Assembly (NCBI GenBank): GCA_035221665.1
Contig: CM069142.1
Coordinates: forward strand, 34,658,001-34,722,000
DNA from: Okamejei kenojei
Lineage: Eukaryota
DNA length: 64,000 nucleotides
Reading direction: 5' to 3'
The position numbers were made by a program, and so were the translations under genes. Shown piece after piece: positions 11,346 to 24,220 of this stretch. How positions within the stretch are numbered: the first letter of the stretch is position 1; every line of letters starts with the position of its first letter. The notes beneath the pieces are model-generated. The model ran no database searches. It was not told where the DNA came from and was given only the letters and a program-made list of their open reading frames with translations.

Positions 11346-12240
11346 CAAGAGCAGAATTAGGCATTTCAGCCCATCAAGTCTACTCCACAATTAAATCAAT
11401 CATGGGTGATCCATCTTTCCCTCTCAACCCCATTCTCCTGCCTTCTCCCCATAACCCCTGACACCCGTATTAATCAAGAATCTGTCAATCTACACCATTA
11501 AAATTCCATTGACCTGCCCTCCACAGCCTTCCGTGGCAATGAATTCTACAAGTTTAGAGGTACACAGGTCCTGCGGCCCACTGTGTCCTCGCTGACCATC
11601 GATCACCCATTCACACTAGTCCTATGTTATCCCACTTTCTCATCCACTCCCTACACACTAGGGGGCAATTTTCAGAGGCCAATTAACCTACAAACCCACA
11701 CGTCTTTGGGTTGTAGGAGGAAACTGGAGCACCCGGAATAACAACAAACAATCCAGTACTTTATTTTTTGTTTAAAGAGGGAATTGATAGTGAAATGTCC
11801 CTGTGGGGAGATAGGCCCAAAGGACAGTGTTCACCCATCCGCAACAACAATATATTCTTTCCAACTGTAATTATTCACGGTCAGTGCAAAAGTCAGTTTC
11901 TATAGGTAACTCTGCGTTTGCGTGCGATAACCTGACACTTAATCTTCGAGAGGAAATAATTGGGGTTGGGTTCGCCACAGGGTCAAACTGGAGTTCTCTA
12001 ACGTTGGAAATCATGTGGGCTGACCCATCATATCAGGACTCCAGGCAATACAAAGTGCACACAATGTAGCTGGAACGATGAAGCATTTTATCTCCAGTAA
12101 GAGCCTGTGTTTCACGATCAAATCAGACAATTTTGAAACAGAATTATCATCCTCAAAATGGCGTCTTTTCAATATACATGTGCAGAAATGGGTAATATTT
12201 AGACTAGTCCCGTTGTAGTTACCACGGACTTAGTGAAATA

Positions 12241-14580
12241 GAAACATAGAAACATAGAAAATAGGTGCAGGAGGAGGCCATTCGGCCCTTCGAGCCAGCA
12301 CCGCCATTCATTGTGATCATGCTGATTGTCCCCTATCAATAACCCGTGCCTGCCTTCTCCCCATATCCCTTGACTCCACTAGCCCCTCTTAAATCTCTCT
12401 TAAATCCATCCAGTGACTTGGCCTCCACTGCCCTCTGTGGCAGGTAATTTCATAAATTCACAACTCTCTGATGGAAAAAGTTTTTTCTCACCTCAGTCTT
12501 AAATGACCTCCCCTTTATTCTAAGACTGTGGCCCCTGGTTCTGGACTCGCCCAACATTGGGAACATTTTTCCAGCAGCTAGCTTGTCCAGTCCATTTATA
12601 ATTTTATATGTTTCTAAATCCCCCCTCATCCTTCTAAACTCCAGTGAATACAAGCCTAGTCTTGTCAATTTTTCCTCACAGTCCCGCCATCTACGCTGCA
12701 CTGATCACAAGATGTCTTCCTCAAATTAGGAGACCAAAACTATACACAATATCCAGATGTGGTCTCACCAGAGCCCTATACAACTTTACCTGTCCCTGGA
12801 AGGATTCTCAATGCCCTCTTGTTTGAATCTTCCCTACCCTCCGACTCAACTCTGAGCCCTACCATCCTTCTACATGCGATTCCAAACTATCAGATCTCTC
12901 TGTTCCACAGCATTCCACAATTCCTACCATTACCATGTACGTCCTCCATCTGCCATCTTTCAGCCAAATGGCCCAAATCTCTCTGTAGACTCTACTTCAT
13001 TATCCTATCTTAGTATCATCTGCATATTCATCCTCATTGATGTACATGACAAACAACAGTGGACCCAACACAGATCCCGCACCCCACTGGTCCCGGCTTC
13101 CAACCTCAGATCCACCATTACTCTCTGACATCTCCCATTCAGCCACTGTTGAATCCATCTTGCTACCCGACATTAACACCCAAAGATTGCCATGGGGAAC
13201 CTTGTCAAAGCCTTACTGAAATCCCTATAGACAACATCCACTGCTTTACCCTCATCAATTTCCCTAACCGCAAGAAGGTTTGTCAAACATGACCTTCCAG
13301 GCACAAATCCATGTTGACTGTTCCTGATCAGACCCAATCCAGATGCTTATATATATCTCTAAGTATCCTTTCCATTAACACCACTGGAGGTCTATAATTG
13401 CTAGGTTTATTCTTTCCCCTCAAATCAATGTCCTAGGAGACTTTTATATTTTTCCAACTTCCTCCTCTTTGAATCTCATAGTTTTAGCTACTCTACTTTT
13501 TCCCCTTACCTCACAGACACAATACTCTCAGCCTGCGAAATAAGTTGAGAAACCATGGCCTCCAATTTTACTTTTTCCAACATAAAGATTCTGTTTCCCT
13601 TTAAATGCAAACCCCTTTAGCCTTTCTCCTGTATATTTACTGAAATCCTCTTGTTATGAAGGCCAACATTCCATTAGCTTTCTTCACTGCCTGCTGTATC
13701 TGTAAGCCAACTTTCAGTCCAGGTCTCGCTGCACCTCCCCCTTACCTAACCTAACCCCATTGAGATAATAATGTGCCCCCTTGTTTTTGCCGCCAAAGTG
13801 GATAACCTCACATTTATCTATATTATACTGCATCTGCCATGCATCTGCCCACTCACTCAACCTGTCCAGGTCACCCTGCAACCTCCTAACATCCTCTTCA
13901 CAGTTCACACTGCCACCCAGCTTTGTGTCATTCGCAAACTTGCTAGTGTTGCTCCTAATTCCCTCTTCCATATCATTAATATATATGGTAAACAGTTGCG
14001 GCCCCAACACCGAGCCTTGCAGCACTCCACTCGCCACTGCCTGCCATTCTGAAAAGGACCCGTTCACTCCTACTCTTTGCTTCCGGTCTGCCAACCAATT
14101 TTCTATCCATGCCAACACCCTACCCCCAATACCATGTGCTCTCATTTTAGTCACCAGTCTCCCGTGCGGGACCTTATCAAAGGTTTTCTGAAAGTCTAGA
14201 TACACTACATCCACTGGCACCCCTTCATCCATTTTACTAGTCACATCCTCAAAAAATTCCAGAAGATTAGTCAAGCATGATTTCCCTTTCATAAGTCCAT
14301 GTTGACTTGGACTAATCTTTTTACTGCTATCCAAATGCCCCATTATTACCTCTTTAATAATTGACTCCAGCATCTTTCCCACCACCGAAGTTAGGCTAAC
14401 TGGTCTGTAATTCCTCGTTTTCTCTCTCGCTCCTTTCTTGAAAAGTGGGATAACATTAGCTATCCTCCAAACCACAGGAACTGATCCTGAATCTATTGAA
14501 CATTGGGAAAATGATCACCAATGCGTCCTCTATTTCTAGAGCCACCTCCCTGAGGATCCTGGGATGCAGACCATCAGGCC
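12241..14580 (-). mobile_element. CR1 LINE composite (3' end, deletion-riddled middle, RT block 13650-14580)
   Basis: ORF 13714-14475 has NYRPVSLTS..YLDFQKTFDKVPH..LQGSVLGP..FANDTKL; GAAACATAG tail at 12241. Confidence 0.9.
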
Positions 14581-15982
14581 ACAGGAACTGATCCTGCATC
14601 TTATCTGAAATAGCATTATATTTACCTTTTTGGCAGTTCTTGGTTTTATCTGACATCAGTTTTCTTTATCTCCCATCTCCCATCGTCAAGACCCCCAGTC
14701 CCTTTTACCCCTCCTCTTCCCGCAAATAGCGTCATAGAGCCATGCAGCGTGGAATCGGGCCCAACATGTCCTATCTACATTGATCCCACCTGCCTGCATT
14801 TGGCCCATATCCCACTAAACCTATCCTATCCATGTACCTGTCGAAATGTTTCTAAAATGTTGCCTGCCTCAACTACTTCCTCTGGCAGCTTGTTCCATAC
14901 AACCACCACCCTTTGTGTAAAAAAGTTAATTTACATTTGTCAGTCTCCCTCTTCCCCTGTCCCCTTCCACCAATATCCCTGCCTCCAGCTTTACATTTCA
15001 CTCTGCTTATTTGGCACCCCCTTGTCTCCATTAAACCTCCGGCCGTTTACTCCACTCATATGCCAATTAATGTCCCTCTCACCTGTATCCATCTGTCACT
15101 TTCCAGGCTTTGTCCTGCCCCCACCTCTCTTTTCCGTGCTTTCTCCTCCTCCCCACTCTGAAGAAGGGTCCTGACCTGATATGCCATCCGTCCATTCCCT
15201 CCACAGATGCTGCCTGACCCGCTGAGTTCCTCCAGCACTTTGTGCTTTGCTCCAAAATAAAGCAAGATGATATGTATTTCGTGTTCATTAACAATGGCAG
15301 AAAAATCAAGCTGGACGGATCTTGAAAAAGAAACACATTGTTTCAGACACTTTGGAAAAGTAATGGCATTTCTTCAAATTGGCACCTTGCCAACTAATGA
15401 AGATCCAATCATAGAAACATTATTTTAAGAACAATAAGACTAATTAAATCAATCATTCTGCTTTCCACTGCCACAATTAAACAAATCTTTCAAGCAGTAT
15501 TAGTAGTAAAATTAATTAATTACTATCAGATTTAAAACTACGCTCGTAAAAATCTATGCTGTTGCTTATTTTGCAAAAATAGATACAGATCTCACCCAGA
15601 AAACTCATTTTTAAGTAATTAGTGGATTTACTTGGCTACAATTCCCATAAAATCCAAAACATTGGTTCTTACGATGTTGCCCCATCCCTGCTATTCCTTA
15701 CATATCCATTTACCTATCTAAAATCCTCTAAAATACCACAATCGTACCTGCCCCTACCACCACGCATGGCAGCACGTTCCAGGCATCCACCACTCTCTTT
15801 GTTTAAAAATAACAATCCCCGCACATCTCAGAGACCCAGGTTCAATCCTGACAACAGGTGCTGTCTCTACAGTTTGTACGCTCTCTACGTCCGAGTGGGT
15901 TTTCTCCGGACGCTTCGGTTTCCTCCCACATTCGTACAGGTTTGGAGTTTAATTGCCTTTGGCAAAGATTATATATTTTATA

Positions 15983-16370
15983 ATAGTCTGATGGTTATTG
16001 GGACGAAGCTATTATTGAACCTGGTAATCACGGTTTTCATGCTCCTGTACCTTCTTCCTGATGGCAGGATTGACATGTGAGAGTGTCCAGGGTGGTGTGG
16101 CTCTCTGATGATGCTGGCTGCCTTTTTGAGCTAGCGACTCCTATAGATCCCTTCGATGGTGGGGAGGTCAGTACCCGCGATGGACAAGGCGGTGTCCGTC
16201 ACTTTTTGCAATCTCCTTCAGCATTGAGCGTGGGAGGTAGACATTTTCAAACTTCTGTACATTTTGCCTGATGGGAGAGGGGAGCGGAGGGAGTGTCCGG
16301 GGTGCGACTGGTGCGTGAATATGGCGGTGGCTTTGCCGAGGCAGCGTGTTGTAGATGGACTCTACCAAAG
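15983..16370 (-). mobile_element. Rex1/Babar-type LINE 3' fragments just upstream of the Ig4 exon
   Basis: Nucleotide match to the 43970-44170 block (CTCCTGTACCTTCTTCCTGATGG..TAGATCCCTT..GATGG); LPLVESIYNT motif. Confidence 0.65.
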
Positions 16371-16475
16371 GGAGAATGATGGAAGGGAATTGGGGAGCAG
16401 GCTGGTGGGTCTTGAAGGCTTGTTTCTGCTTTGCCAATGCTACCAGTTGTACTAATGGTGTTCTGTATTCTCCAG

Positions 16476-16877
16476 AGAGTAGTTTGAACGTGACAGTCAC
16501 CAGTAACACCACCAAGGTTTTGGAGGGCGGCGTGCTTCAGTTTGTGTGCAATGTTCATTTGCCGATCGGCAACCGCAATCGCCTCTCCATCGCCTGGCAG
16601 ATGATCAACAAGCGGGGTCAGGCCAGTGACGTTATCAGCCGGGAGCAGGACGGGACCCAAGTCATTGCCACATCCTACCACAAGCGGGGGTCCAGCGGAG
16701 ACCTCAGGCTGGTCAAACAAGGGCCAGGCTCCTTTGTGTTGCAGCTCCACAATGCAGCGGTGTCGGATGACGGAGAGTATATCTGCACCATGGCCGAGTG
16801 GGTCTTCAGCGCGGCCAGAGATTGGCAGCGGGTCGGGAAGCAATCGGCCCGCATCAGCGCAGTGGTCACTCCACTTG
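16476..16877 (+). CDS. IGSF3: IGSF3 exon, Ig domain 4 (402 nt, phase 1-1)
   Basis: ttctccag|AG acceptor, CTTG|gtaagt donor. KSSLNVTVTSN..LEGGVLQFVC..IAWQ..DDGEYICTMAEWV..VTPL. Confidence 0.95.
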
Positions 16878-17006
16878 GTAAGTGTCAGCACCAAAGACCT
16901 GAGATCTGAAAATATCTGTGATATGATATGATATGAAATGAAAATATCTAGCATGGTATGAACATCGACTTCTCCAGTTTTAGGTAACCTCTAACAACTT
17001 AACAAA

Positions 17007-17265
17007 GGGGTGGCGCAGCGGTAGAGTTGCTGCCTTGCAGCGCCAGAGGCCTGGGTTTGATCCTGACTACGGGTGCTGGCTGTATGGTGTTTATACGTTC
17101 TCCCTGTGACTGCGTGGGTTTTCCCCTGGTGCTCAGGTTTCCTCCCACACTCCAAAGACATGTGATCTTTGACCAAAAAGGTTTGTAGGTTAATTGTCCT
17201 TGGTAATAATTGTAAATTGTCCCTAGTGTGTAGGATAGGGATAGTATACTTGGGTGATCAATGGT
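17007..17265 (+). mobile_element. V-SINE (HE1-like)
   Basis: GGTGGCGCAGCGGTAGAGTTGCTGCC head; V-domain. Confidence 0.85.
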
Positions 17266-17629
17266 CGGGTTTGGGTTGGGACCTTTCTACAAACTCATGT
17301 TAAAGCTGGCGCTGGATGGGAGAGGTGCTTTGTAAAGGCAGCAATAGATTTGGGGAAAAGTAGAGACAAGGAACAGCAGATGGTAGTATACAACAAAAGG
17401 CACAAAGTGCTGAAGTAACTCAACGGGTCAGGCAGCATCTCTGGAGAACATGGGTAGGTGATATTTGTAGTCTTCTGAAGAAGAGTCCCGAGCCAAAACA
17501 TCACCTATCCATGTTCTCCAGTGATCCTGCCTGACCTGCTGAGTTACACCAGCACTTTGTTGTTTAACTGAAACTATCTTGCGTTTTAGTCTGGTGAATA
17601 CATGATTATCCAAAATAAGTGTTGGGATA

Positions 17630-18245
17630 TGTAGGCACAAGAGATTGCAGATGCCCGTTTACAAAAAAATAGACACAAAGTGCAGGAATGAGTGCTGGAT
17701 CTGACAGTATCTGTGGAGGATATGGAAAGGTGATGTTTTGGGTTGGGACCCTTCTTCAGACTGATGAAGTACAGGGAAAAAGCTGGAAGAGGGGTGGGGC
17801 AGGACAAAGCCTGGCAAGTGATAATAGACACAAAAAGCTGGAGTAGCTCAGCGGGACAGGCAGCGTCTCTGGAGAGAAGGAATAGGTGATGTTTCGGCTT
17901 GTGACCCTTCTTCAGACGAGTGGATGCAGTTGAGGTGGGGGGGGGGGGGGGTGGGGGGGGGTTGATTGACAAATGGTTGTCAAAGGCTAGAGATGAAGAG
18001 ACAAAAGGTAGTGAGATAAGGAGAGAAGGATAGAAGAGGCGTGAAATGTGTCGCCAGAGAAAAGGATACAGATGAAAGGGGGTGATGGGTGGGAGATGGA
18101 AAGGGGAGCAAGGTAGTGGGAGAAATGTGTGCACTTCCAGTTGGGGCACAGGGAAGAGGGCAGGGGGGGTATGTTTGTTGGTTATTATTAACCTAAAACT
18201 GGAGAATTTAATGTTCATCCTATTGGGTTGTGAGCGCCCTAAATA
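17630..18245 (-). mobile_element. Penelope-like element 3' fragment with tandem pLTR units
   Basis: Minus strand reads LGRSQPNRMNIKFSSFR (GIY-YIG ORF end), then two CTGAAGAAGGGTC..AAACATCACC units. Confidence 0.7.
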
Positions 18246-19230
18246 TGTCAATATTTGTAATATGCCACTGATATTGTTCAATATGGCTAGATTTTCCAGG
18301 TCCATATGTTGACTTGGGAACGGACATTTTTGGTGTTTTACAAAGAGAGTGATTTAATTGACAATTATGTCATTTAGCTGGCTTTAGAAAAGAGTAACCA
18401 TCCATGATAGAATTTTATGAAAAGATTGAAAATGATTTTGTTCAATCATAAATGTAATCAAAGCAAATTATGAAGCTGGCTGCAGAGATTGGGGAACTAC
18501 ACTACAAGGGATGGTGATGAAACACACAAAGACCAACATTTTATCAATTGATGCAGTTTATCGCAAAAATGCATCTCTTTGTTATGCAAAAACCCAACTG
18601 GAAAGATTGGCCGAGAATGACAAACAAGAGAATAATGTTAGACAAAAGGAAAAAGCTAATAACCCGCCAAAAGGCTCAGCAACCCCATGTTATGAAAAGC
18701 ATAAAGGAGGTTTTTTTTTATAAAGGAAAGTAAATTAGAATATGAAAGAATATAGGAACAGATTTCAGATGCCCATTGGTTCAGAGGTATTTTATTGTCA
18801 CATGGAACTAGGTACAGTGAAATTCTTTTTTTGTACACAGTTCAGTAAAAATCTTGCCACAGGTCCACCACCGAGTTTCCAGTACCCTTGGTTCCAGAGC
18901 CTAGACGTATTACCTATCCCGCAAAGTGGACTATGAGAACAGATCTGTTGGTTCCAGAGCCCCGACCGCATGGGGCAAATTCAACCTGCTGATCGGCAGC
19001 GGAAATTGACGATGGGAACGGATCCGCCTGTCCATTCCCTCCACAGATTCTGCCTGGCCCGCAGAATTGGTTTTCTTTAGGTTGGTTTACTTTTAAGACA
19101 CAGCGTAGAAACAGGCTGAGTTACTTCTGCACCTAGCGTCTTTTTTAAATATCTTCCCACTGACTGACTAGATATTGAAATTATTGGACTTTGGCACCAA
19201 CACCTTTTTTATTTGTTGATGACTTTACAG

Positions 19231-19629
19231 AGAGTGGTTTCAGCGTAACAGCAATAACACGGACACCCTCGGTGACGTACGGTAACGCGTTTGAACTCCA
19301 GTGCTTCATCAGACCAAACTATCCTTCCTGGGTGTCCGTATCGTGGAGGTGGAAATTCCAGTCATCCCAATCAGGCAACATCTACGACATGGTCACGTTT
19401 GCCCGCGACACGTCAATCATTTGGGAAGATAAGGTCACAAATTTTAAGAGCAAGACGATGATTACAAAGACGCCCAATAACGTCCGGCTAACCGTCTCCA
19501 AGGCTAGTGATTTGGAGGCGGGGAGATACCAGTGCATTGCAGAGCTTTGGCATCAGAATCAGATGGAGCAGTGGGTGAGGAAAGCTGAAAAATCGTCAAA
19601 CATCCTGGAGGTCAAGGTCAAACCGCCAG
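19231..19629 (+). CDS. IGSF3: IGSF3 exon, Ig domain 5 (399 nt, phase 1-1)
   Basis: tttacag|AG acceptor, CCAG|gtaagt donor. ESGFSVTAITRTPSVTYGNAFELQCFIRPNYPSWV..ASDLEAGRYQCIAELW..SNILEVKVKPP. Confidence 0.95.
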
Positions 19630-19960
19630 GTAAGTGTCTGAGATTCTCTTTCAGTCAGATAGCGATGCACTTGCCTCGGTTTAATACATCAATAAGTCTG
19701 CAGTCTAGCCTTGCAGGCACCTGAAAACAGTATTGTTGTACATTACAAGCCATTTAAGCTTCTAAATCTGTTTGCTGCCTTATTAACATTCTGCAGCCCA
19801 TATTTCAATTGTCTAAATGTTTGTAATACACTAATTCGTATTACCGTTTGGACAGCACATTTCCTGTTAATGACGTTAAATTCTGCATACTGCTCCAATT
19901 GTTTTCCATATATTCGCGTTTGCTGAATGCATCATGTTTAGTAAAATACATTTAGAATAG

Positions 19961-20050
19961 CTGCGGGTACAAGACCCGAAACGTCAACTATTTCCTTCGC
20001 TCCATTGATGCTGCCTCACCCGCTGAGTTTCTCCAGCAGTCTTGTCTACC
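19961..20050 (+). mobile_element. 90-bp Penelope-derived unit with 10-bp TSD
   Basis: TTTAGAATAG at 19951-19960 and 20051-20060 flanks GGGTACAAGACCCGAAACGTC..GATGCTGCCTCACCCGCTGAG. Confidence 0.8.
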
Positions 20051-20445
20051 TTTAGAATAGGTGCTGCTCAATTCTCAGTGTAGAAGCAAGGAAATGCAAA
20101 TGCTAGTTTAGCAAGGAAAGCGGTAACCAGTCTGAAGAAGGGGCCTGACTCGAAATGTCACCTATCCATGCTCTCCAAGGATTCTGCCTGACCCGCTCAG
20201 TTACTCCAGCACTTTGTGCCTTTCCCTGTTCAATTCTAATTTTTTGAATGAAAGGTTCAGTGTGGGGACAGGACCTTTGGTCCACCGGGTCCACCTGTTC
20301 ACACGAGTTCTATGTCGTCCCACTTTCACATCCACTGCCTGCACACTAGCGGCTATTTACAGAGGCCAATTAACCTACAAACCCACATGTCTCTGTGATG
20401 TGGGGAGAAACCGGAGCACCCAGAGGAAACCCACGCAGTCACAGG

Positions 20446-20751
20446 NNNNNNNNNNNNNNNNNNNNNNNNNNNNNNNNNNNNNNNNNNNNNNNNNNNNNNN
20501 NNNNNNNNNNNNNNNNNNNNNNNNNNNNNNNNNNNNNNNNNNNNNNNNNNNNNNNNNNNNNNNNNNNNNNNNNNNNNNNNNNNNNNNNNNNNNNNNNNNN
20601 NNNNNNNNNNNNNNNNNNNNNNNNNNNNNNNNNNNNNNNNNNNNNNNNNNNNNNNNNNNNNNNNNNNNNNNNNNNNNNNNNNNNNNNNNNNNNNNNNNNN
20701 NNNNNNNNNNNNNNNNNNNNNNNNNNNNNNNNNNNNNNNNNNNNNNNNNNN
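20446..20751. other. Assembly gap (306 N) inside a V-SINE
   Basis: Run of N; both flanks are minus-strand SINE sequence. Confidence 1.
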
Positions 20752-21043
20752 ACCCAGGTCTCTGGCATTGAGAGGCAATATTTTAATTGTCTAATGCATG
20801 AACCAATCATTCTTATTACTGTTTAGGCACCACATTTCCTGGTAATTACTTAAAACTCTGCATTATGCTCCAATTTATTTCTATATACCCGTACTTGTGT
20901 TTATTGATACATCCTGGTTGGCAACATACATTTTAAATAGGTACTGTTTAATTTTCATTTCAAACCCCTTTTTTCTCTCTGGAAGATACTGATTACTCGC
21001 TTACTTTAATAGACATTGGGTCGCTTGTGCAGGGACACCATTA

Positions 21044-21366
21044 AGGGGTGGCCCAGTGGCGCAGCTGGTAGAGGTGCTGTCTCACAGAACAGAGACCTGG
21101 GTTTTGATCCAGACCTTGGGTCTGTCTGTGTGTGGAATTGGCACGTTCTCCCTGTGACCGTGTGGCTTTCCTCCAGGTGCTCCGATTTCCTCCCACATCC
21201 CAAAGACGAGCGGGTCTGTAGGTTAATAGGCCTCTGTAAATTGCCCCCTAGTGTGTAGAGAGTGGATGGGATAGTGGGATAACTTGGAACTGGTGTAAAC
21301 GGGTGATCAATTGTCGACGTGGGAACGGTGGGCCGACGGGCTTGTTTCCATGCTGCATCTCTAAAC
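21044..21366 (+). mobile_element. V-SINE (HE1-like), full length
   Basis: Head, V-domain and tail all present. Confidence 0.85.
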
Positions 21367-22609
21367 TCGAAACATTACGTGAAACTCTTGCTAAAAATAA
21401 ACACACAACGCTGGAGTAACTCAGTGGGTCAGTCAGCATCTCTGGAGAAAATGGATTGGTGACGTTTCACTTCCCAACATGAGTCAATTGGTCCCGAAAC
21501 ATGACTCCATCACACTGCTGGCGCTATCCGTCTCACTTTCCCTGTATCACCTCATGAGGCTTCTTACTAAAATCTACAGCACCTAATGAACTTAGTCGCT
21601 ATCAGTCGTAGTCTCTCTCCCTTTTCTAAGTCCATTGTTTAAACTTGATCTTTATCTTCCTCGCTCTTTCAATCTCTGTCGTCTCTTCATCTTAAACATC
21701 CCTTGATGTGAGAGTTAGCTTTATTCAGATACCTTGTGAGAAGAATTGAATGGTGCTTGTAGCCAGTAGTGTTCTTGCTGTAGACTTCCAGCAGCAGTCA
21801 CTGTGCCTGTGTGTCAGTAGTAATGAATGTTCAGCTTCGAGCCATCTGTCAGAACAAGTGGGAATACAAGATTTCACTCTTACCTCCTTCTCTCGAATTA
21901 TTCATTGGAATATCCGAGAGCTGCCTCAGATCATCTCAAATCCTCTTTAACATGCGGTATGCTTTTTTAAAACATAAATTTAATGCTGAAAAGTGATTAT
22001 TATCAGTTGTGGTGAGCATTTTCGTCAGAAGCCCTTCACAACATCAGATATCACATAGAAATATAAATAAAGAAGAAGGTACTTAAACATTGTGTTATGG
22101 GAGCACTTCCTATCTAACATAAATACCTCAAAATCTGATGGATGTGCTCCTGTATAAAATAGGCGCCAACTTTTAATTGGCTTCCGGCATACATGTGTTT
22201 TGCATAAGATGCCAGTATCTGCAGCTCCTTGTGTCTCTAATACTATTTCAATATTAATTTTTTAATATTAGTTTTTTAAATACTAGTTTAAAAGGATGGA
22301 TTTTAAGCCATGTTCAGGACTGCTTTTAACTCTGGGCCTTTAAATTGTAACAAATAATAATTAATTACATGGCAAGGTGCGTAAAAAGAGACAAAACATA
22401 ATGAAACACGTATAGCTAAAAAATAATTAGTAGGATTGTTATGTACTAGCAAGTTCAGTATGTTCATTCAGGTGAGAATTGTGATCGGCAGAAATGGAAA
22501 ATTGAACTCAAAACTGAATTGTTCCTGAACCATAGTGCAAAACAGAAAACCCCACGACTGCTTATACACACGCATATCGATAAAAGGACCAATGAAAATT
22601 CATCTGACA

Positions 22610-24220
22610 GATCATATACAGCATGGAAACAAGCCATTTGGCCCAACTCGTCCATGCCGACCAAGATGCCCCAGTTAGTCCTATTTGCCTGCATATCCTT
22701 CTAAACCTTTCTACCCATATACCTGCCAAAATGTGTCTTATACGTGCCCTTAACTATCTTTGCCCTTAAGCTTTCCTACCCATATACCTGCCTTAACTAT
22801 CTCCTTTGGCAGCTTTTTCCATGTACTCACCACCCTCTGTGTGAAAAAAGTTGCTCTTCTCACAATAGACAATAGACAATAGGTGCAGGAGTAGGCCATT
22901 TGGCCCTTCGAGCCAGCACCGCCATTCAATGTGATCATGGCTGATCATCCCCAATCAGTACCCCGTTCCTGCCTTCGCCCCATATCCCCTGTCTCCGCTA
23001 TTTTTAAGAGCCCTATCTAGCTCTCTCTTGAAAGCATCAAGAGAACCGGCCTCCACCGCCCTCTGAGGCAGAGAATTCCACAGACTCACCACTCTCTGTG
23101 AGAAAAAGTGTTTCCTCTTCTCCGTTCTAAATTCTTACTCCTTATTCCTAATCTGTGGCCCCTGGTTCTGGACTCCCCCAACATCAGGAACATGTTTCCT
23201 GCCTCTATTGTGTCCAAACCCTTAACAATCTTACCTTAAACCTGTGTCCTGTGATTCTTGATTCGCCTACTCTGGGTAACAGACTCTGTGCATTCACCCT
23301 ATCTATTCCCCTCATGATTTTATACACCTCCACAAGACCTCCTCTCAGCCTCCTGCGCTCCAAGAAATAAAATTCTATCGTGCCCGACCTCTCATTAGAA
23401 ACATAGAAATATAGAAACTAGGTGCAGGAGTAGGCCATTCGGCCCTTCGAGCCTGCACCGCCATTCAATATGATCATGGCTGATCATCCAACTCAATATC
23501 CCATACCTGCCTTCTCTCCATACCCTCTGCTCCATACACTCATACCCATACCTAGCCACAAGGGCCACATCTAACTCCCTCTTAAATATAGCCAATTAAC
23601 TGGCCTCCACTACCCTCTGTGGCAGAGAGTTCCAGAGACCCACCACTCTCTGTGTGAAAAAAGTCCTTCTCATCTCGGTCCTAAAGGATTTCACCCTTAT
23701 CCCTAAGCTGTGACCCCTTGTCCTGGACTTCCCCAACATCGGGAACAATCTTCCTGCATCTAGCCTGTCCAACCCCTTAAGAATTTTGTACGTTTCTATA
23801 AGATCCCCTCTCAATCTCGTAAATTCTAGAGAGTATAAACCGAGTCTATCCAGTCTTTCTTCATAAGACAGTCCTGACATCCCAGGAATCAGTCTGGTGA
23901 ACCTTCTCTGCACTCCCTCTATGGCAATAATGTCCTTCCTCAGATTTGGAGACCAGAACTGTACGCAATACTCCAGGTGTGGTCTCACCAAGACCCTATA
24001 CAACTGAAGTAGAACCTCCCTGCGCCTATACTCAAAATATACTCCTATGCTCCCTATACTCAGAACCTCCCTATGCTCCTATACTCAGAATCTCCCTATA
24101 GCTCAGGCCCTCGACTCCTGGCAATATCCTTGTCAATTTTCACTACGCTCTTTCCTATTTAATGGCATGCTTCCGATGACCGGCTGATCAGAAATGAACA
24201 CAATTCTCCAATTGTGGAGT
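22610..24220 (-). mobile_element. Nest of three CR1 fragments (host plus inserts at ~22863-23230 and ~23396-24035)
   Basis: Host sequence resumes after each insert; ORF 23596-24003 has VRPHLEYCVQFWSP..RTRGHSL; distinct microsatellite tails. Confidence 0.85.

Noticed and set aside
13714-14475. Functional or domesticated reverse transcriptase
   Set aside because: Partial CR1 RT with the catalytic FADD changed to FAND, and truncated on both sides.
16247-16954. 235-aa antisense ORF over the Ig4 exon
   Set aside because: Shadow ORF of a GC-rich exon running into a LINE fragment; no independent support.
17007-17075. tRNA genes (A/B-box sequences, many places)
   Set aside because: They are tRNA-derived SINE heads continuing into the V-domain; no complete cloverleaf or terminator.
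17586-18305. 239-aa minus-strand ORF
   Set aside because: Read-through of a Penelope ORF end into low-complexity pLTR sequence.
20214-20826. ORFs spanning the gap
   Set aside because: Artefacts of translating N.
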